From Botryllus schlosseri (taxonomy: Eukaryota), in assembly GCA_051294905.1 (NCBI GenBank), contig CM119372.1, positions 16,122,001 through 16,186,000 on the forward strand: a stretch of 64,000 nucleotides of DNA, read 5' to 3'. Positions 51,890 to 64,000 of this stretch are shown one piece after another. How positions within the stretch are numbered: the stretch's first letter is position 1; the number at the start of each line of letters is the position of its first letter. The translations under genes were made by a program, and so were the position numbers. Below the pieces are notes generated by a model that was not told the DNA's origin, did not search any database, and saw nothing but the letters and a program-made list of their open reading frames with translations.

Positions 51890-53225
51890 CAATCGACCCC
51901 GCTTAATTCGTACACAATCGACTCTTCTTAATTCGGACACTTAAATTTCGCTCCTTTATGTCCGAATTTAGCAGAAAACTAACTTCTTTTCATGGTAATG
52001 CGGGAAGGCAAACAACGCATTAAAATACTGTACTGTTGCGTGATAAATGAATTGCAGCTGAGCCGTACTGCAGTAATTGGCAGTTTGGCTCTGATCGCAT
52101 AAAACACACAAATGCTGTATACTGTCTTGCTGTGCAACACACAGATATACGCAATAAAAAGTACAATAATACTTTGAATACAGTGCTAAGCCATGCAGCA
52201 AGGGCTGAAACGGTATTTTCTGTACCGTTGTGTAGTACAAGATGGACTGAATTGTACCGAAGTAAAGTAAAGGCGACTATATGACGCTGACACGGCCTAA
52301 TATGAGTTAAGTTAACTCCCGGTTAAGTACACACCCGTTTAAGTTCTCATCCCAGATAAGTACGCAAAAATTTTTTAAGAAATTCCGGGTTAAAATTTTT
52401 CAACAAATTTATTTATTTCAAACAGCAAGCACAATTCACTGGATGTCAGGAAAAGTTGAACGTCAACTTAACAATACTCATGCAAAGTCACCAGATGCAT
52501 ATTTTGCATTCTTTTTTGCTTGGCTTCCAACGTCAATTGGCTCAGTTTTCACTGACAGCATTCACAGGTGCCTTTGAGATTATCGTGAGCACCTCATGCT
52601 TGGTCTGGTAGGGCAGGACACGGCAACTGACCCTCAACTTCAAGCACTTTTCTGTAAAGTTGTTCAAAGCCATGAAAAACGATGCTGCTTTCGACAGGTG
52701 CACAATCGTTGCTTGGGCCTCATCCTCAGTGTCAAGACTTTCAGTCTGCATCGTTTACAAGACGTCATTTACGTCACCCAAAATCGCCTGTGAATACTCT
52801 TCATTCTTTTCGTCATCAACATGCATAAATCCTTTTAGCTCGTCTCGAAATATCCATCTCAGACATGTCAGACATGAAGCTAGCTTACTCATCAACGCCC
52901 CATCCAACGAAATTAGTACTTGAGCCTTGTCAAATGAGTTTCTTACTAACGCATCCGATATTAAATCTTATGCATGCTTTACATTGTGAGCAGCATCCAG
53001 CAAATGAGAAAGGTTACTATAAGTAACACTGCTGCCCCTCTGGGTAATTTTTTTTACCTTGCTCTTTCTTGTGGGCCTTCAAGTTCTCATCAAGTTCATA
53101 GAAGTCCAGAATCTTTGTACCTCTTCTTAAGCGTCTCGATGATTCTCATGTCACATGGTGGTTTCTAACTAGTACAGTCGGGTGGGAAGAATCCCACTTT
53201 GACGTTATCACATAAACTATCAATG
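51890..53225 (-). mobile_element. pogo/Tigger-type DNA transposon remnant
   Basis: Minus-strand VGFFPPDCTS*KPPCDMRIIETLKKRY matches the pogo DDE_1 motif FLPPNxTSxxQPxDxGII. Tigger-like end CAATCGAC...TTAATTCGGACAC. Boundaries approximate. Confidence 0.6.
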
Positions 53226-55088
53226 GGTGTACAATTATCGGGGCTGTGGATTCAGAGTCGGAGTTTCGCTAATTTTTCCCTAATGGAATCGGAGTCTCAA
53301 TACTCTTTTAGCACTACTTGGAGTCGGAGTGGGGTTCGTGAAAAAATACTGGCAGGAGGCGGGGTCGGAGTTTGTGAAAATGCTCCTGACCCCGACTCCG
53401 ACTCCAATTCCTTTACTATGAAAACAGGTGATTTTAAAGATCTTCTAAAATTACTTATGATAAATAAAGTAGGATTTGTATGTACCAACAATCACTGTTA
53501 TTAGTAACGATATTGATAACGTTAGACATTATTTGCAAATTGCGATTGAGTTGAATAGAGGAAGAACAATGCAAGATGCATGTTCATGACCAACGGAAAA
53601 ATTGCTGATGCAAACACAAATTAGTGCCATGATACCGTGAAAGAGTAAATAAATAGTTTGGTTTTGTAAGTGACAACATCACTTGTAAAGTTGATGCAAA
53701 TATAACCAAACGCTGATTCCCACGTGACAAAATCAAAAATATTTTTAGTAATAAGGAGCTCTGCTGCTTGGGTCGAACAAATCTTTAATAAAGAGTGCAA
53801 ATATAGTCCTAGTCCATGAATACTTGACTAAGTGCATGTCGACATATGCTTTTTGACTTCTCCATAAATTTAGTTTCTGACCAACGTTTATTAGCAGTGA
53901 AAGAGTGTGTGCTTGCCATCAGCATAGTGTGTAGTGAGAAAATTTGCACATCTCTGTAACAGTTGCTGACTCATGCACAAGAACTACATTTTCATTGTTT
54001 TTATCCACATATTAATCATACGGTTGGGATATATATCATTTTTGAATGATTCATACATATTAGAGCAGTGGTTCCCAACCTTTTTGTCTTCATTCCCCAC
54101 TTCAGACTTATTTCGAGTCCTCATTCCCCACTACCTAAAACTCTTATATACCCTTTAAAATAGGGTTACCATATTTTGATGTCCCAAGACGAGGAAATTT
54201 TTCATCAATTCTGAAAGCTCCCAGAAAACTGGTGATTTTGACAATTTTTCGATAAAAAGTATTGTGTTGACTGAAAAAAATGTCATTACATTGACTTGTC
54301 TCCGGATTTTTTACGAAACTCTGACGTTCGCTGCGTCGTAGTCGCATTTTTCGTGGCATTTAAATCAATTTCAGAGAAAAAAGAGGACAAATTCCCCAAA
54401 AATAGGACATTTAGGCGTCCTCCGAGGACACTTCCAATTTATAATTTTCGATACCTACATTCCAGAGCAGTTAACTAGTATCGGTAACCGCGCACGTGCC
54501 TCCGTAAATATGTAGACTATCCTATATAATGTTTAACAAATGCCTCTATTCCCCACCAGAAACCATTGAATTCCCCACCGGTTGGGAACCACTGATTTAC
54601 GGTGAAGTCCGGGCTAATCTACATTTCCATATCGTCTTACTATACGCATCGAAATCGCTAGTGGTCATGTAATGAATAGTTGGTAGGAGTGTTCATGGTC
54701 GCACGAAGCGCGAAAAAATTTCAGATTCACGAACGAATTTCGTCATTGATATCAGTAGTTTCTTATTATTTCTCAGCCCATGTGATCAGCTGGAGTTGAT
54801 GGAGGGAGCATTTTCGAAAATTTAGGACAAGCTATATATAATGATGCATCTTCAGGTGGGCCAATTATTGTTATTAGTCACTTTGTTGCATGCTGTTATT
54901 TCATAACCTTTGAATCAGGGTTTTCGGTATAGTGGTAAGTTATTGGAATCTCCCAAACGTACCAGAAACAAATTTCTTTCGTGAGGAGCACACGATTCCA
55001 AGTTGGTATTTCTATGCGAGGTGCATCATTTTCCTCCGCTGTTCGCATCTTTACTCATGGGCTCAGATTGCAAAGGGGGATACTATAC

Positions 55089-55758
55089 TAGGGTTACCAT
55101 TACCATACGTCCCCTTTTAAGAGTATTTGTCCTCTTTTTTGACTTTTCTGAAAGTGTCCTCAGAGGACGGCCAAATGTTCTCTTTTTTGAGATTTTTGGT
55201 TAAATGTAGGGTCAAATTCGACTGAGATAAAGTAAATTAACACTGAAGTAAAGTTCGGGCGGCTATGTCGGTAGCTGAGCCGAAAAGTTGACCTTTTTTC
55301 GCTAGTCGACCAACTGATAATGTGAAACAAAACTCTATTTCTGGAGTTGAGCCAGAAAGTTGACCTTTTTTTTAGTCAACCAGAGGTGGTCAGTAACGAA
55401 GTACTTCTACTTTTTGAAGTACTTGAAGTATATTTTGCCTATTCACACTACTTTTTAAGTAGTTATGATTTTAGACTACTTCTACTTCTACTTGACAGTT
55501 TTCAGTTTTGTAGGCAAAAATAGGCGTAGAATACCTACTTACTTACTTACTTGTGAACCACCACTCCTACTTCTACTTGGGTAGAAATTCTGGCGTTAAT
55601 CCTACTTCTACTTGAGTAGCGACCGTGACTACTTTGACCACCTCTGCAGTCAACCGACCACGAAGTGCAAAAAATCTACCATTTTTTCCAGGATTATGGC
55701 AGGTCTAAAAATTTTGAAAACGTGTACTTTTTCAGATTTCCCAAATATGGTAACCCTA
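55089..55758. mobile_element. TAGGGTTACCAT-TIR MITE with nested CAGAGGTGGTCA MITE (55381-55646)
   Basis: Outer TSD TACTATAC is exact. Inner TSD is TAGTCAAC/CAGTCAAC. Confidence 0.8.
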
Positions 55759-56054
55759 TACTATACTAAAATCGAAAAATAAAGTCGCATTTAATTGCGC
55801 GAATAGCCCGGAAACAAATTCAAGATCAATTAAATCTCTCAAAATTCGGGAGTCAATTCTTAAATTTAATTTTTTATCTCGACGGCCGCCAACACATACT
55901 AATTGAATAACGTGTCGACAGCTACACAAATTTCCTTCTACGGCCGCAGGTTGCCCAATGCCCACCCCTGTATTATAGGATTGCTCAGTAGTACATTAAG
56001 GCCCGTTGGAAGTTGTTGGAGATTACACGCCCCGAGTATGTAACCTGTTTGCGA

Positions 56055-57420
56055 TCAGTAACGCGTGCATGTAAAAACGGAGTGCTCTAGCGTTTCGGAC
56101 ATTTGGCATCGTTCACAAAGACCAACATCAGGCTGGCCAATTCGATTGAGGTGTGCATTTAGCCTCCAGTGTCCTGTTTGAAGACGAATCAGGATTGAGT
56201 TTTCACGCTGCGTCAGTTGATATAGTTGGGAGCTAGTACCGACCCAATTCACATATCTGGAACACAATTCTAATCACGTATCTCGTTTTGCTATTTTGTT
56301 CGACAAAAGTCTGATTGAAGAGTGGTGGAGTCAGGATTCATTTCCTAGCACTGGTACTGCTCAAGCCGTCTCCAAGCAACTCTGCGGAACGGATTTAGCT
56401 CAAGTGTCATGACGGCTTGAAGCAGTTAGCCTTTTTTTTTCGAAAACGAGAGAGTTGGATTGGCGAGTTATCTTCGATGCTGATTCAAACGGCTATGTAA
56501 ACGGGCTTAGTAAGCTGTGTGTTGGAATGTGGTAGCTGGCACTGCATCCTTGCTCCGTTATAGAACCGTTAGTAAATATAGATGAGTGATGACTGCAGCG
56601 GCTCGACTTATACTCCTCGCACTCTATTCTGGTCGCTTCAAGGTGTTCGATGTTTAAGGTCCCAAACTAGGAGCGGGCATCTTCTCCATTCAGCGGCCAG
56701 ATATGGGAAAATGAAGTACTTGGCAAGGCGGATTCCTGAATCGAAACATTGTTCGCGTTTTTATCCACATATAGAAGGAATTTATCGTATTCTATGTAAA
56801 CTTTAAGGTTAATGTATGGAGACAGCATTTAATGAATTTATTAACGTAATGTATCCTACTTCAGTGGCTCTTGGAGTCAATGAGACATATGTGATCGATC
56901 AAAATCGTCAACAAGTTCTTTGAACTCTGGCTGCGTGGCGGACGTACAGAAACTCTTAGTAAAGAATGCACGTGAACGTCGGTTTGAAGGCAACTCTGTC
57001 TTATTAATGTTGATGGTCGAAAATGTATGTAGATCCGATGGCCACATTATCACGTAATACCGGAAACTGGATGCGGACCATTCAAATACCCATCGCGGAC
57101 CTGATCCGGCTCTCGGGTCGTATGTTGCCCGCCCCTGTCCTAGACTCAAGCTAGAAGCAAGACTTAGGTCTACCGAAATTTCTATAGGAATCCACTGCGG
57201 TATAGAAGCAGGTTCATTTTGGGTGATCTTGATGTTTCTAAGCGGGTCTATATTAGACATCATGTTAAATGTCATAAATTTTCCGAATCTAGAAAAAATC
57301 GTGCCAAATCGTGAACAATCATCAAATTTTAATATCGGGTTGTTGAGAGCGAGGCGCTAATATAATAGTAAATATCATCATTTTAGACTCTCATTGGTAG
57401 GTTACCGTAAATGCTATTTT
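56055..57420 (-). mobile_element. 3' fragment of an RNase-H-bearing non-LTR retrotransposon (I/Nimb/Ingi-like), decayed
   Basis: C-terminal motif ILIRLQTGHWRLNAHLNRIG...CERCQMSETLEHSVFTC. Degenerate RNase H start IFTNGS near 56560-56580. Interrupted by other repeats. Confidence 0.65.
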
Positions 57421-60400
57421 TTCCATTTAAGGGCTATTAAGGCAGAGGTTCCTAAACTTTTTATACCGTGACCCAAATCAGAGTTTTAGTTGAAACTCGC
57501 GACCCAAGCTTCACAATTCAAAATGGATGCATTCTTAATGTCAGCATGCTTCGTTTCTACGGGCATGTATGACAGAGGTCGCTCAGACAACCCATCAAGT
57601 GCTCGCAACGCAGTTCTATGAAACATGCCCTGTGACGCACATGATTTCAAATTGGAGTGCATTTTCTCTTTGTGGGTCACATATGTACTTACTGCGGGGC
57701 TTAGATTGCAAGGACGGAAATATTGGGTACCGACCTTTTTGACGGCCGATATATCCCTTTCGAAGGTTTGGGCCAATCAGCGATCATTTGGGAACCACAC
57801 TTTGCCCGGCCGTTTGTTGCGCAAAACGTCATGTTTTCATATTTCCCAGCCCGGAAAGGGACGGACGCGAAATATCTGTGTCTAATAGTCCTTCACCATC
57901 TCGTTGCACGCCCCCAGACTAAAGCATAACAACGGTCTCCGACGGTGATGGACTGCAGGCCTACTAAGAGTAGGCTATACGTTATTTCAAAATTGCGATT
58001 ACAGCTAGATTCATTTCTGAAAATGAGACGTGTTCAAAATAAATCGGGTGCGGTAGTTAGGCCTCACCAATTCTCTCTCTCTACCCTGTCCAAATAATAC
58101 CCGCGCCAAATAGAGCTTTCCAGAAAAATCAATGTCAGACAAATTGTATCCTAACATCAAAAAAATTTGTATAATACAAGGTTCGGCACATTTCCTTGAT
58201 CAAGCCATATCATCGTAACCACTTTTCTTCGTCTCTTATTTGGCTATGTCCTAACTATCCACAGTGGAACGCAGGTGGTGCGAATTTTTTTTATTTTGTT
58301 GCAAGATATGCAACAAATATTACATGGATAATAAAAAATCGCTCTAGCGCGGTCGCGAGTCGCGGCCCAAATTTATGCCCGGGTCGCGACTGCGACACAT
58401 ACCTTCAAGAACCCCGTTCTAAAGTGTGGATTACAAGGGTAGAATTTTGAGTCACCACGTCACCAGAGCGAACAGTAAATATATATGTAATATTTATTGG
58501 ATTTTTTCGACAAACTTTCTTCAGGGGGATGGGTTTACACATCCAAAGTCACTATAACCAAAATGACAAGCGGGACTCGCAAAAATGTGGCTTGATCATG
58601 TAAATATGCCGACATCTGTGTTACACAAATTTGTCCGAATTCATGACAAGATTTGTCCGGCTGGTTCTTTGGAAATCACAGTCGACACCGTTGGGATACT
58701 TCAGTGTAGAGGTGTTCAACTAACGCATGCAGGTCTATGAATCACGTTCATTTCGAGGCTAATCCCTTCTGCGTCGAGACACATGAAGGCGTAAAGCAGG
58801 GGTCTCAAACTCAAATGTGCTTGCGGGCCAATTTCCTAGTTTTTGATGCAGAATCAAGTAGAAGTACACAATGCCTTTCCAGTGGGTCATATTTCGACGG
58901 GACCTTGCAGGCTGACATTCCACACACATCGTGAAATTGCGATTTACTATAGTAGCCATCAACGAATGACGTGAGGAATCACATTATTTACCTGTGCAGA
59001 AAATTGTTGTACTTGGTGGGGAGTACGCACAATTTTCCGAAATTATGATACATAGACTCCATGCAAAAGGAGAAATGCGTCATGTCATCATAAAAGGTGT
59101 CCCGTTATAATTTTGTAACTTATGACGGACATTTGACATGTGACAATCCACAATTATTTATAGGTGGAGCCTTTTTGTAGTTAACAAAGATTGATTTGAT
59201 ATCACAGCATTTGAGGAAGGCAGCCTAATCCAGAATCCTAGTATACTCCTGGTTATAGTAGGGTATCAACCATGTCATTGCCCAAATCAAATTAAAATAG
59301 TGGTAAATTTACCTTTGGTTATTTGAGCAGATAAATACCAACGTAAATATAACAATGAATGTGCCGTAGTTGTAGAAATATCCAGTCGCTGAGCAATACT
59401 TTGGTGTTACAGCGGTGGAGCGTAGGCCTATATCACTTTGTCACAATAAATTAACGATAATGAAATGGATAAAGGTACGAAAGATGACCCAAGATGTAAC
59501 TAACTTTACATCAAGAGACAACAAAATGCCAATGGTTGCTAAAATGACTTGCGAAAAATAGCAAAATACGCCACGCAGGCTACGACCTTTTGATTTATTA
59601 TATAGTAGCAACGCGAATAGTATGTTGCGTCCGTGGTTGCAACCAAGTCAATGCGTCGCGAGTCGCAAGTCCGTCTATGACTTTAACGTCATTTAAATTT
59701 TATCACCGAGTCAGTCCGAGTCCGAATCATTTTACAAAAGGTCGCGTTCAAGTCCAAGTTACAATTTTCAGTCACGAATCATCTATGGGTCCTGTTTTAA
59801 CATTATTAATTGGCAATGTGCCGTAAAAGCAGATCCATAACGAATCGCAGTGTTTGAAAATGATGTGATCGTGAAGTTTTATGAGTTATCTCAGGTTTTT
59901 GAAGCAAATTTGGTGTACATTCCAAGTTTTCGCTTTCAAATAATGATAAAAAAGAAATAGATCCTTTAAATATAGTCGAATATTTGATAATCTGAAGTTC
60001 CGACGTGGGCCGCACAAAATGCTCTAGCCGGCCGCGTATTTGATACCCCTGGCGTAAAGCTTTGGCCAACATACTGCTGGAAAAGTGCGATGTGAAAAAG
60101 TTGACGGTGACTAAACCTTGGCCAAAAACGACCATCGTTGATTGGCCAAAACTTTCTATATTGATGTGCTCGGTCGTTGAAATGGTCGTCACTCGTCACC
60201 GAATAGTCTTGTCCTCGCAATCTGAGTACGAAGCGTCCTGCAACGCCCAAAGAAAAATAATTCTCCTAATTTGATATCGCGTGCGTCGAACATGCTTCGT
60301 TGATCTGTGTTGCGTACAATTAATGTCTGCCCGTTCTCCATGTCATACATGCCCGGAAAATCGTATGATACTAATGTTAAAAATGCATATTTTTTAGCTG

Positions 60401-60974
60401 AGAAGCTTTGGTCGGGATATGCCGCTAAAACCTTTGTATCTGTCGGACAGCATTTGCGACTCGCGGAAAATACGGTGTATTTTGTATAGGAGGGTTGTAT
60501 AGTTAATTTTATGACCTGGTCATCTTGTGCACAACCCAACAATTTATTTAAAAGGATTTTAGTGCACTAGAGTTGAAATAAAAAGCAGAAAATAAAATTG
60601 AACTTTTAAAGAGACACTTGATGGCCTAAACCGGTAGCTTACTTGTTGAACATCCGAGCAAAATATTGATAAGTGTCTTCATTTTCTTTTTGTACAAAAA
60701 TTTTCGGTTGATTTGTGCGAATGAATTTTTTTTCGTCAAAAAGTGCGAATGGTGCTGAAAAGAGTTGAAAAGCCCTAAAATACAGCATTTCAAAATGCTT
60801 TACTTGGCCTTCTTCCGATATCTCAAATCAGATCGCGGGTTGCAAAATATCACCGCACGGGTCGCATGTTGGTGACCCCTGGATTATAACATACTTTTTT
60901 CTATTCATAAACATAGCATATAGCCGTAGTTCGACTGTTTAGTGTGGCTTAAAAAGTTGAAGACTCCTGTGAAT

Positions 60975-61250
60975 ATGAGTACACAAGTATACGTCTCCGT
61001 CGAATACTGTGGCAGTTGAGGTTACGAAGTATTCTTCGTTGAGCTCCAGGCCGCCATAAAGAAGGAATTTCCGAACATTCAACTCATTGGGAAAGTCGGT
61101 CGCCTTGGCTCATACGAAGTGTCCATTAATGGAAAATTATTCTACTCAAAATTGCAAACGGACGCATTTCCAGAAGACAAGGATGTTATCGATGCCATCA
61201 GGCATGTTTGCAATCGAGGGGTGGTCATTCCTATTGATGGATGCCAGTAA
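60975..61250 (+). CDS. MIEN1: Rdx-family selenoprotein, MIEN1/SelW2-like (91 aa, Sec encoded by TGA at 61017-61019)
   Basis: MSTQVYVSVEYCGSUGYEVFFVELQAAIKKEFPNIQLIGKVGRLGSYEVSINGKLFYSKLQTDAFPEDKDVIDAIRHVCNRGVVIPIDGCQ*. It has the CxxU motif and the GxFE(I/V)x(I/V)NG..SKL...FP signature of the Rdx (SelW/T/H/V, MIEN1) family. The frame is open on both sides of the TGA and a SECIS lies downstream. The subfamily label is by recognition. Confidence 0.9.
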
Positions 61251-62093
61251 ACGTCGCCACCTCATACATGCATATCCAATTCACTCGTTGCTTCACTGTC
61301 ACTTAGTTTTCAGCTCTTGTAATGTGTTTGTATCACCAATAACCCGAATAGCCCATATTGTGATATAATTGTCTAGTTGTAGGTGACATATTGAGATATA
61401 TTACTTTGTAGGTCAATTGAACCTCAGGTATAGGAGGTACTGTCGTCGGTGATCCGGGAAATGTATTCTGTTTCATCACTAGCGTCGCATTTGACACGAG
61501 ATGTGTCTTAGAAATTTAATATGCATTGTATAGCAGGCGTGTGCAACCATATTTACGTTTTGATGTTTCCCCTTCACTTCATATTAAGCTCAAGAATACC
61601 AGACATAGCCAAATTATAAACCCGATTCTCAGTCAACATTGGCACTTCTACGTGGATAGCACAATTGTTCTCCCACATCTTGGCCCGCCGGCGCCGGTTG
61701 ACCACCCCTGTTTTATGTTTTGCTGTTAGTTTCCGTTTACCGACAGTGTTCAAAGCTACTTAAAAATTTTATCTGGCAGTGACTGGTCCGGATTTAAATA
61801 ATCATGTTATGTTTTAACTTTACTCATTACGGTTTGCAAATACGAGAATTATTGCCTTTCAATACGGACTTATCCTATTTAAAATGGTCGGCTCGTAGCA
61901 ATAAAATAATGAGAAGCCTACATATGTGCATCACTTTGTTTAAGGCGTGTTTTTTTCAGTAAACAGTAATAGGGTTATCTTGCGCACTATTTGTGGTCAT
62001 TCAGAGTTATTTTTCACTGCATAGACATCTGCCATTTATTTGAGATTATGGACAATTGTCAGGTATGTCCGTTGCGATCGTTATTTCAAGTTC

Positions 62094-62166
62094 AATTGGG
62101 TATTACATGACGTCATCGTTGTAAATCGCTACTCCAACGATATCTGAATCTATAACATACTCAGTT
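62094..62166 (+). promoter_or_regulatory. Eukaryotic SECIS element
   Basis: Helix I AATTGGGTAT/ATACTCAGTT. Core ATGA (62107-62110) with TGA (62145-62147). Helix II GTCATCGTTG/CAACGATATC. Apical AAA (62123-62125) lies 12 nt after ATGA. ATTAAA poly(A)-signal variant at 62183-62188. Confidence 0.8.
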
Positions 62167-62269
62167 TAATCCTACTTTGAACATTAAAATAGCAATTGCT
62201 GAAAATCGTGCATATATTTTATTGTCATCGTGTACACAGAGATAAAGACGTGAAAGAGAAACATGAAAT

Positions 62270-62357
62270 GGCAGGGCAGGGCAGGGCAGGGCAGGGCAGG
62301 GCAGGGCAGGGCAGGGCAGGGCAGGGCAGGGCAGGGCAGGGCAGGGCAGGGCAGGGC
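62270..62357 (+). repeat. (GGGCA)n pentanucleotide microsatellite
   Basis: Direct reading, ~17 perfect units. Confidence 0.97.
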
Positions 62358-64000
62358 CTCGCATTCGCAATCGTATATCAAGCTTATCAACGATGAAATC
62401 AGAAGATTGAGGAATAGAAGAAATTCGATGCATATTTATGCGCGCCTTTGCTATGTTGATACGCTGCATTGCAAATTGAAAAATTCATCTCTTTATCGGT
62501 CAGGGCTCGAAGAACTCAATACAAAAGATTTGTCACTTTGGTTTCGTTTGACACAAAACGGGATTTAGAACACACGTGTTTGAAACGAGCGTACATCATC
62601 AAGCTCAAGACGGATATTCCTCTCATCAAAGATAATCTTTCTCATATTTAGAAAAGGGTCTTATCATTCTTGAGATTTGGAGACAACCATCTACTTATCT
62701 TCGTTGAGCCTAACAGGATATATCATCATATAATCATTGGGTTATATTTTTCATCTGAACAAGTCACACACAATGTACAATGCTATATGACACAATGCGA
62801 TGTCGCGAACAGATAGGAGAATGTTGAACGACACGCATCAGTAGCGATCCTTTTCTCTAACATCCACCTCGGCCTGCAGTGCCCGATGTCACAGTTCTTT
62901 TCGATGTTGATCGTTTTGAAGCCGCGGCCCTTTCTACTAGTTCTTTCCATTCCTTCTGAGTGCTTTCTTTCGTCGGGTATTTTTTCTGGGCTTTTTGTCG
63001 CCGTAAGAACGGCAACGGCCCGGTGGAGAAGGAGCCCAGATAAACCTCCGACGGGAATCGAACCGGATTCGTCAGATTCGTGGGCGCCTGTCGTTAAAAC
63101 TACGCTATCTCCCCCGCTGTCAATGCATTTAATTGCAATTTAACGAGAAGAGGTTTGATTAATGTTATACTGCTTCACATATGAATAATGTACTTCATAA
63201 ACGATTTGCTTTCCCTTCGCCTAACAACCTTTAGAGAATATAGCAAAGGAAAGCCGCCTATGGAAATTACCAGGTCGTCTAAATAATGCAATTTCATTGA
63301 TTGGTGTACTCTATTCCCGATTCCAACCATACAGCAGCATTTTTTAAAGAACTGAATATTTGTCTTGATATTCAAATAGGATTTCTTCACTGAGAATGGA
63401 AACGTGTTGCATCATCACTTCAATAATAACATTATTTGCTGAAACATTCCCGTCTGACGGTCGTCGAGTGCCGAGGTCTCTCGCGAAAAAGTAATTATCG
63501 GTATCCGTCGTTTGCTTCGGCCGGCATCGATCAGGTCCTTACGTTGTGTATGTGGTGTGACGTTACCGTCTTTTGGGATATTTGACAGGCAGAATGCAGA
63601 GTGTATCCCTCACTGCCCCAAAGGGTAGGTGATGGAGGGTGCATCCTCTAATCTCAAACGTAAAATGGAATATCCGATATGTTCAGATAGCGATGAGGGG
63701 ACTGTTGGATCTTGCGGGAATACCAAAATCCCAGCCACGGAATTTACGGCAGTAGGCAATCCCCACGCTATAGGATGACTTCTCAGCCATCGTCTAGTAA
63801 GGACTTTGATGGCTCTTCGGAACAGAGCATTATTCCGAGTGCTTCATTAGCATTTCTACATGAACATCCTTTGTCTAATCGTACGTAGCAATAACAATTA
63901 CGATAAGAGGAATTTGTGTCGCCATACACCGATTTGGTTTTGATATGAAATATATTTTACAGGGCGACGGTGCATCGAAAACGGAAGAACAGCGTACAGG

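Noticed and set aside
61087..61368. 93-aa ORF in the track
   Set aside because: It is an out-of-frame shadow of the selenoprotein CDS.
62161..62568. ORFs with PALPC / GQGRA repeats
   Set aside because: They are translations of the (GGGCA)n microsatellite.
63380..63870. Possible host exon near the window end
   Set aside because: The composition is slightly GC-richer, but the frames I tried have stops and no recognisable motif.

Overview
Eukaryotic, AT-rich, transposon-saturated genomic DNA, probably animal; the species cannot be identified from sequence alone. Most ORFs in the supplied track are spurious. Two features stand out. (1) A 13.6-kb insertion (16245-29807) has Polinton/Maverick-type ends (5'-AGTAGT...ACTACT-3') and a perfect 6-bp target-site duplication, TCTAGG. 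Almost the whole element is one giant palindrome: ~6.3-kb inverted arms around a 981-bp spacer. I could recognise no integrase, polymerase, ATPase or capsid gene. The only long intact ORF, present once per arm, is a 211-aa protein resembling tandem RPA/SSB-type OB folds. (2) A selenoprotein gene of the Rdx family (MIEN1/SelW2-like) lies at 60975-61250 and is missed by the ORF track. Its coding region is uninterrupted, it has a CxxU motif with in-frame TGA, and a canonical-looking SECIS follows at 62094-62166. The rest is nested, decayed TEs: hAT MITEs with 8-bp TSDs, a CR1/L2-group LINE, a Gypsy LTR element interrupted by a piggyBac and a hAT MITE, a pogo/Tigger remnant, an RNase-H LINE fragment, a tRNA-derived SINE and microsatellites.
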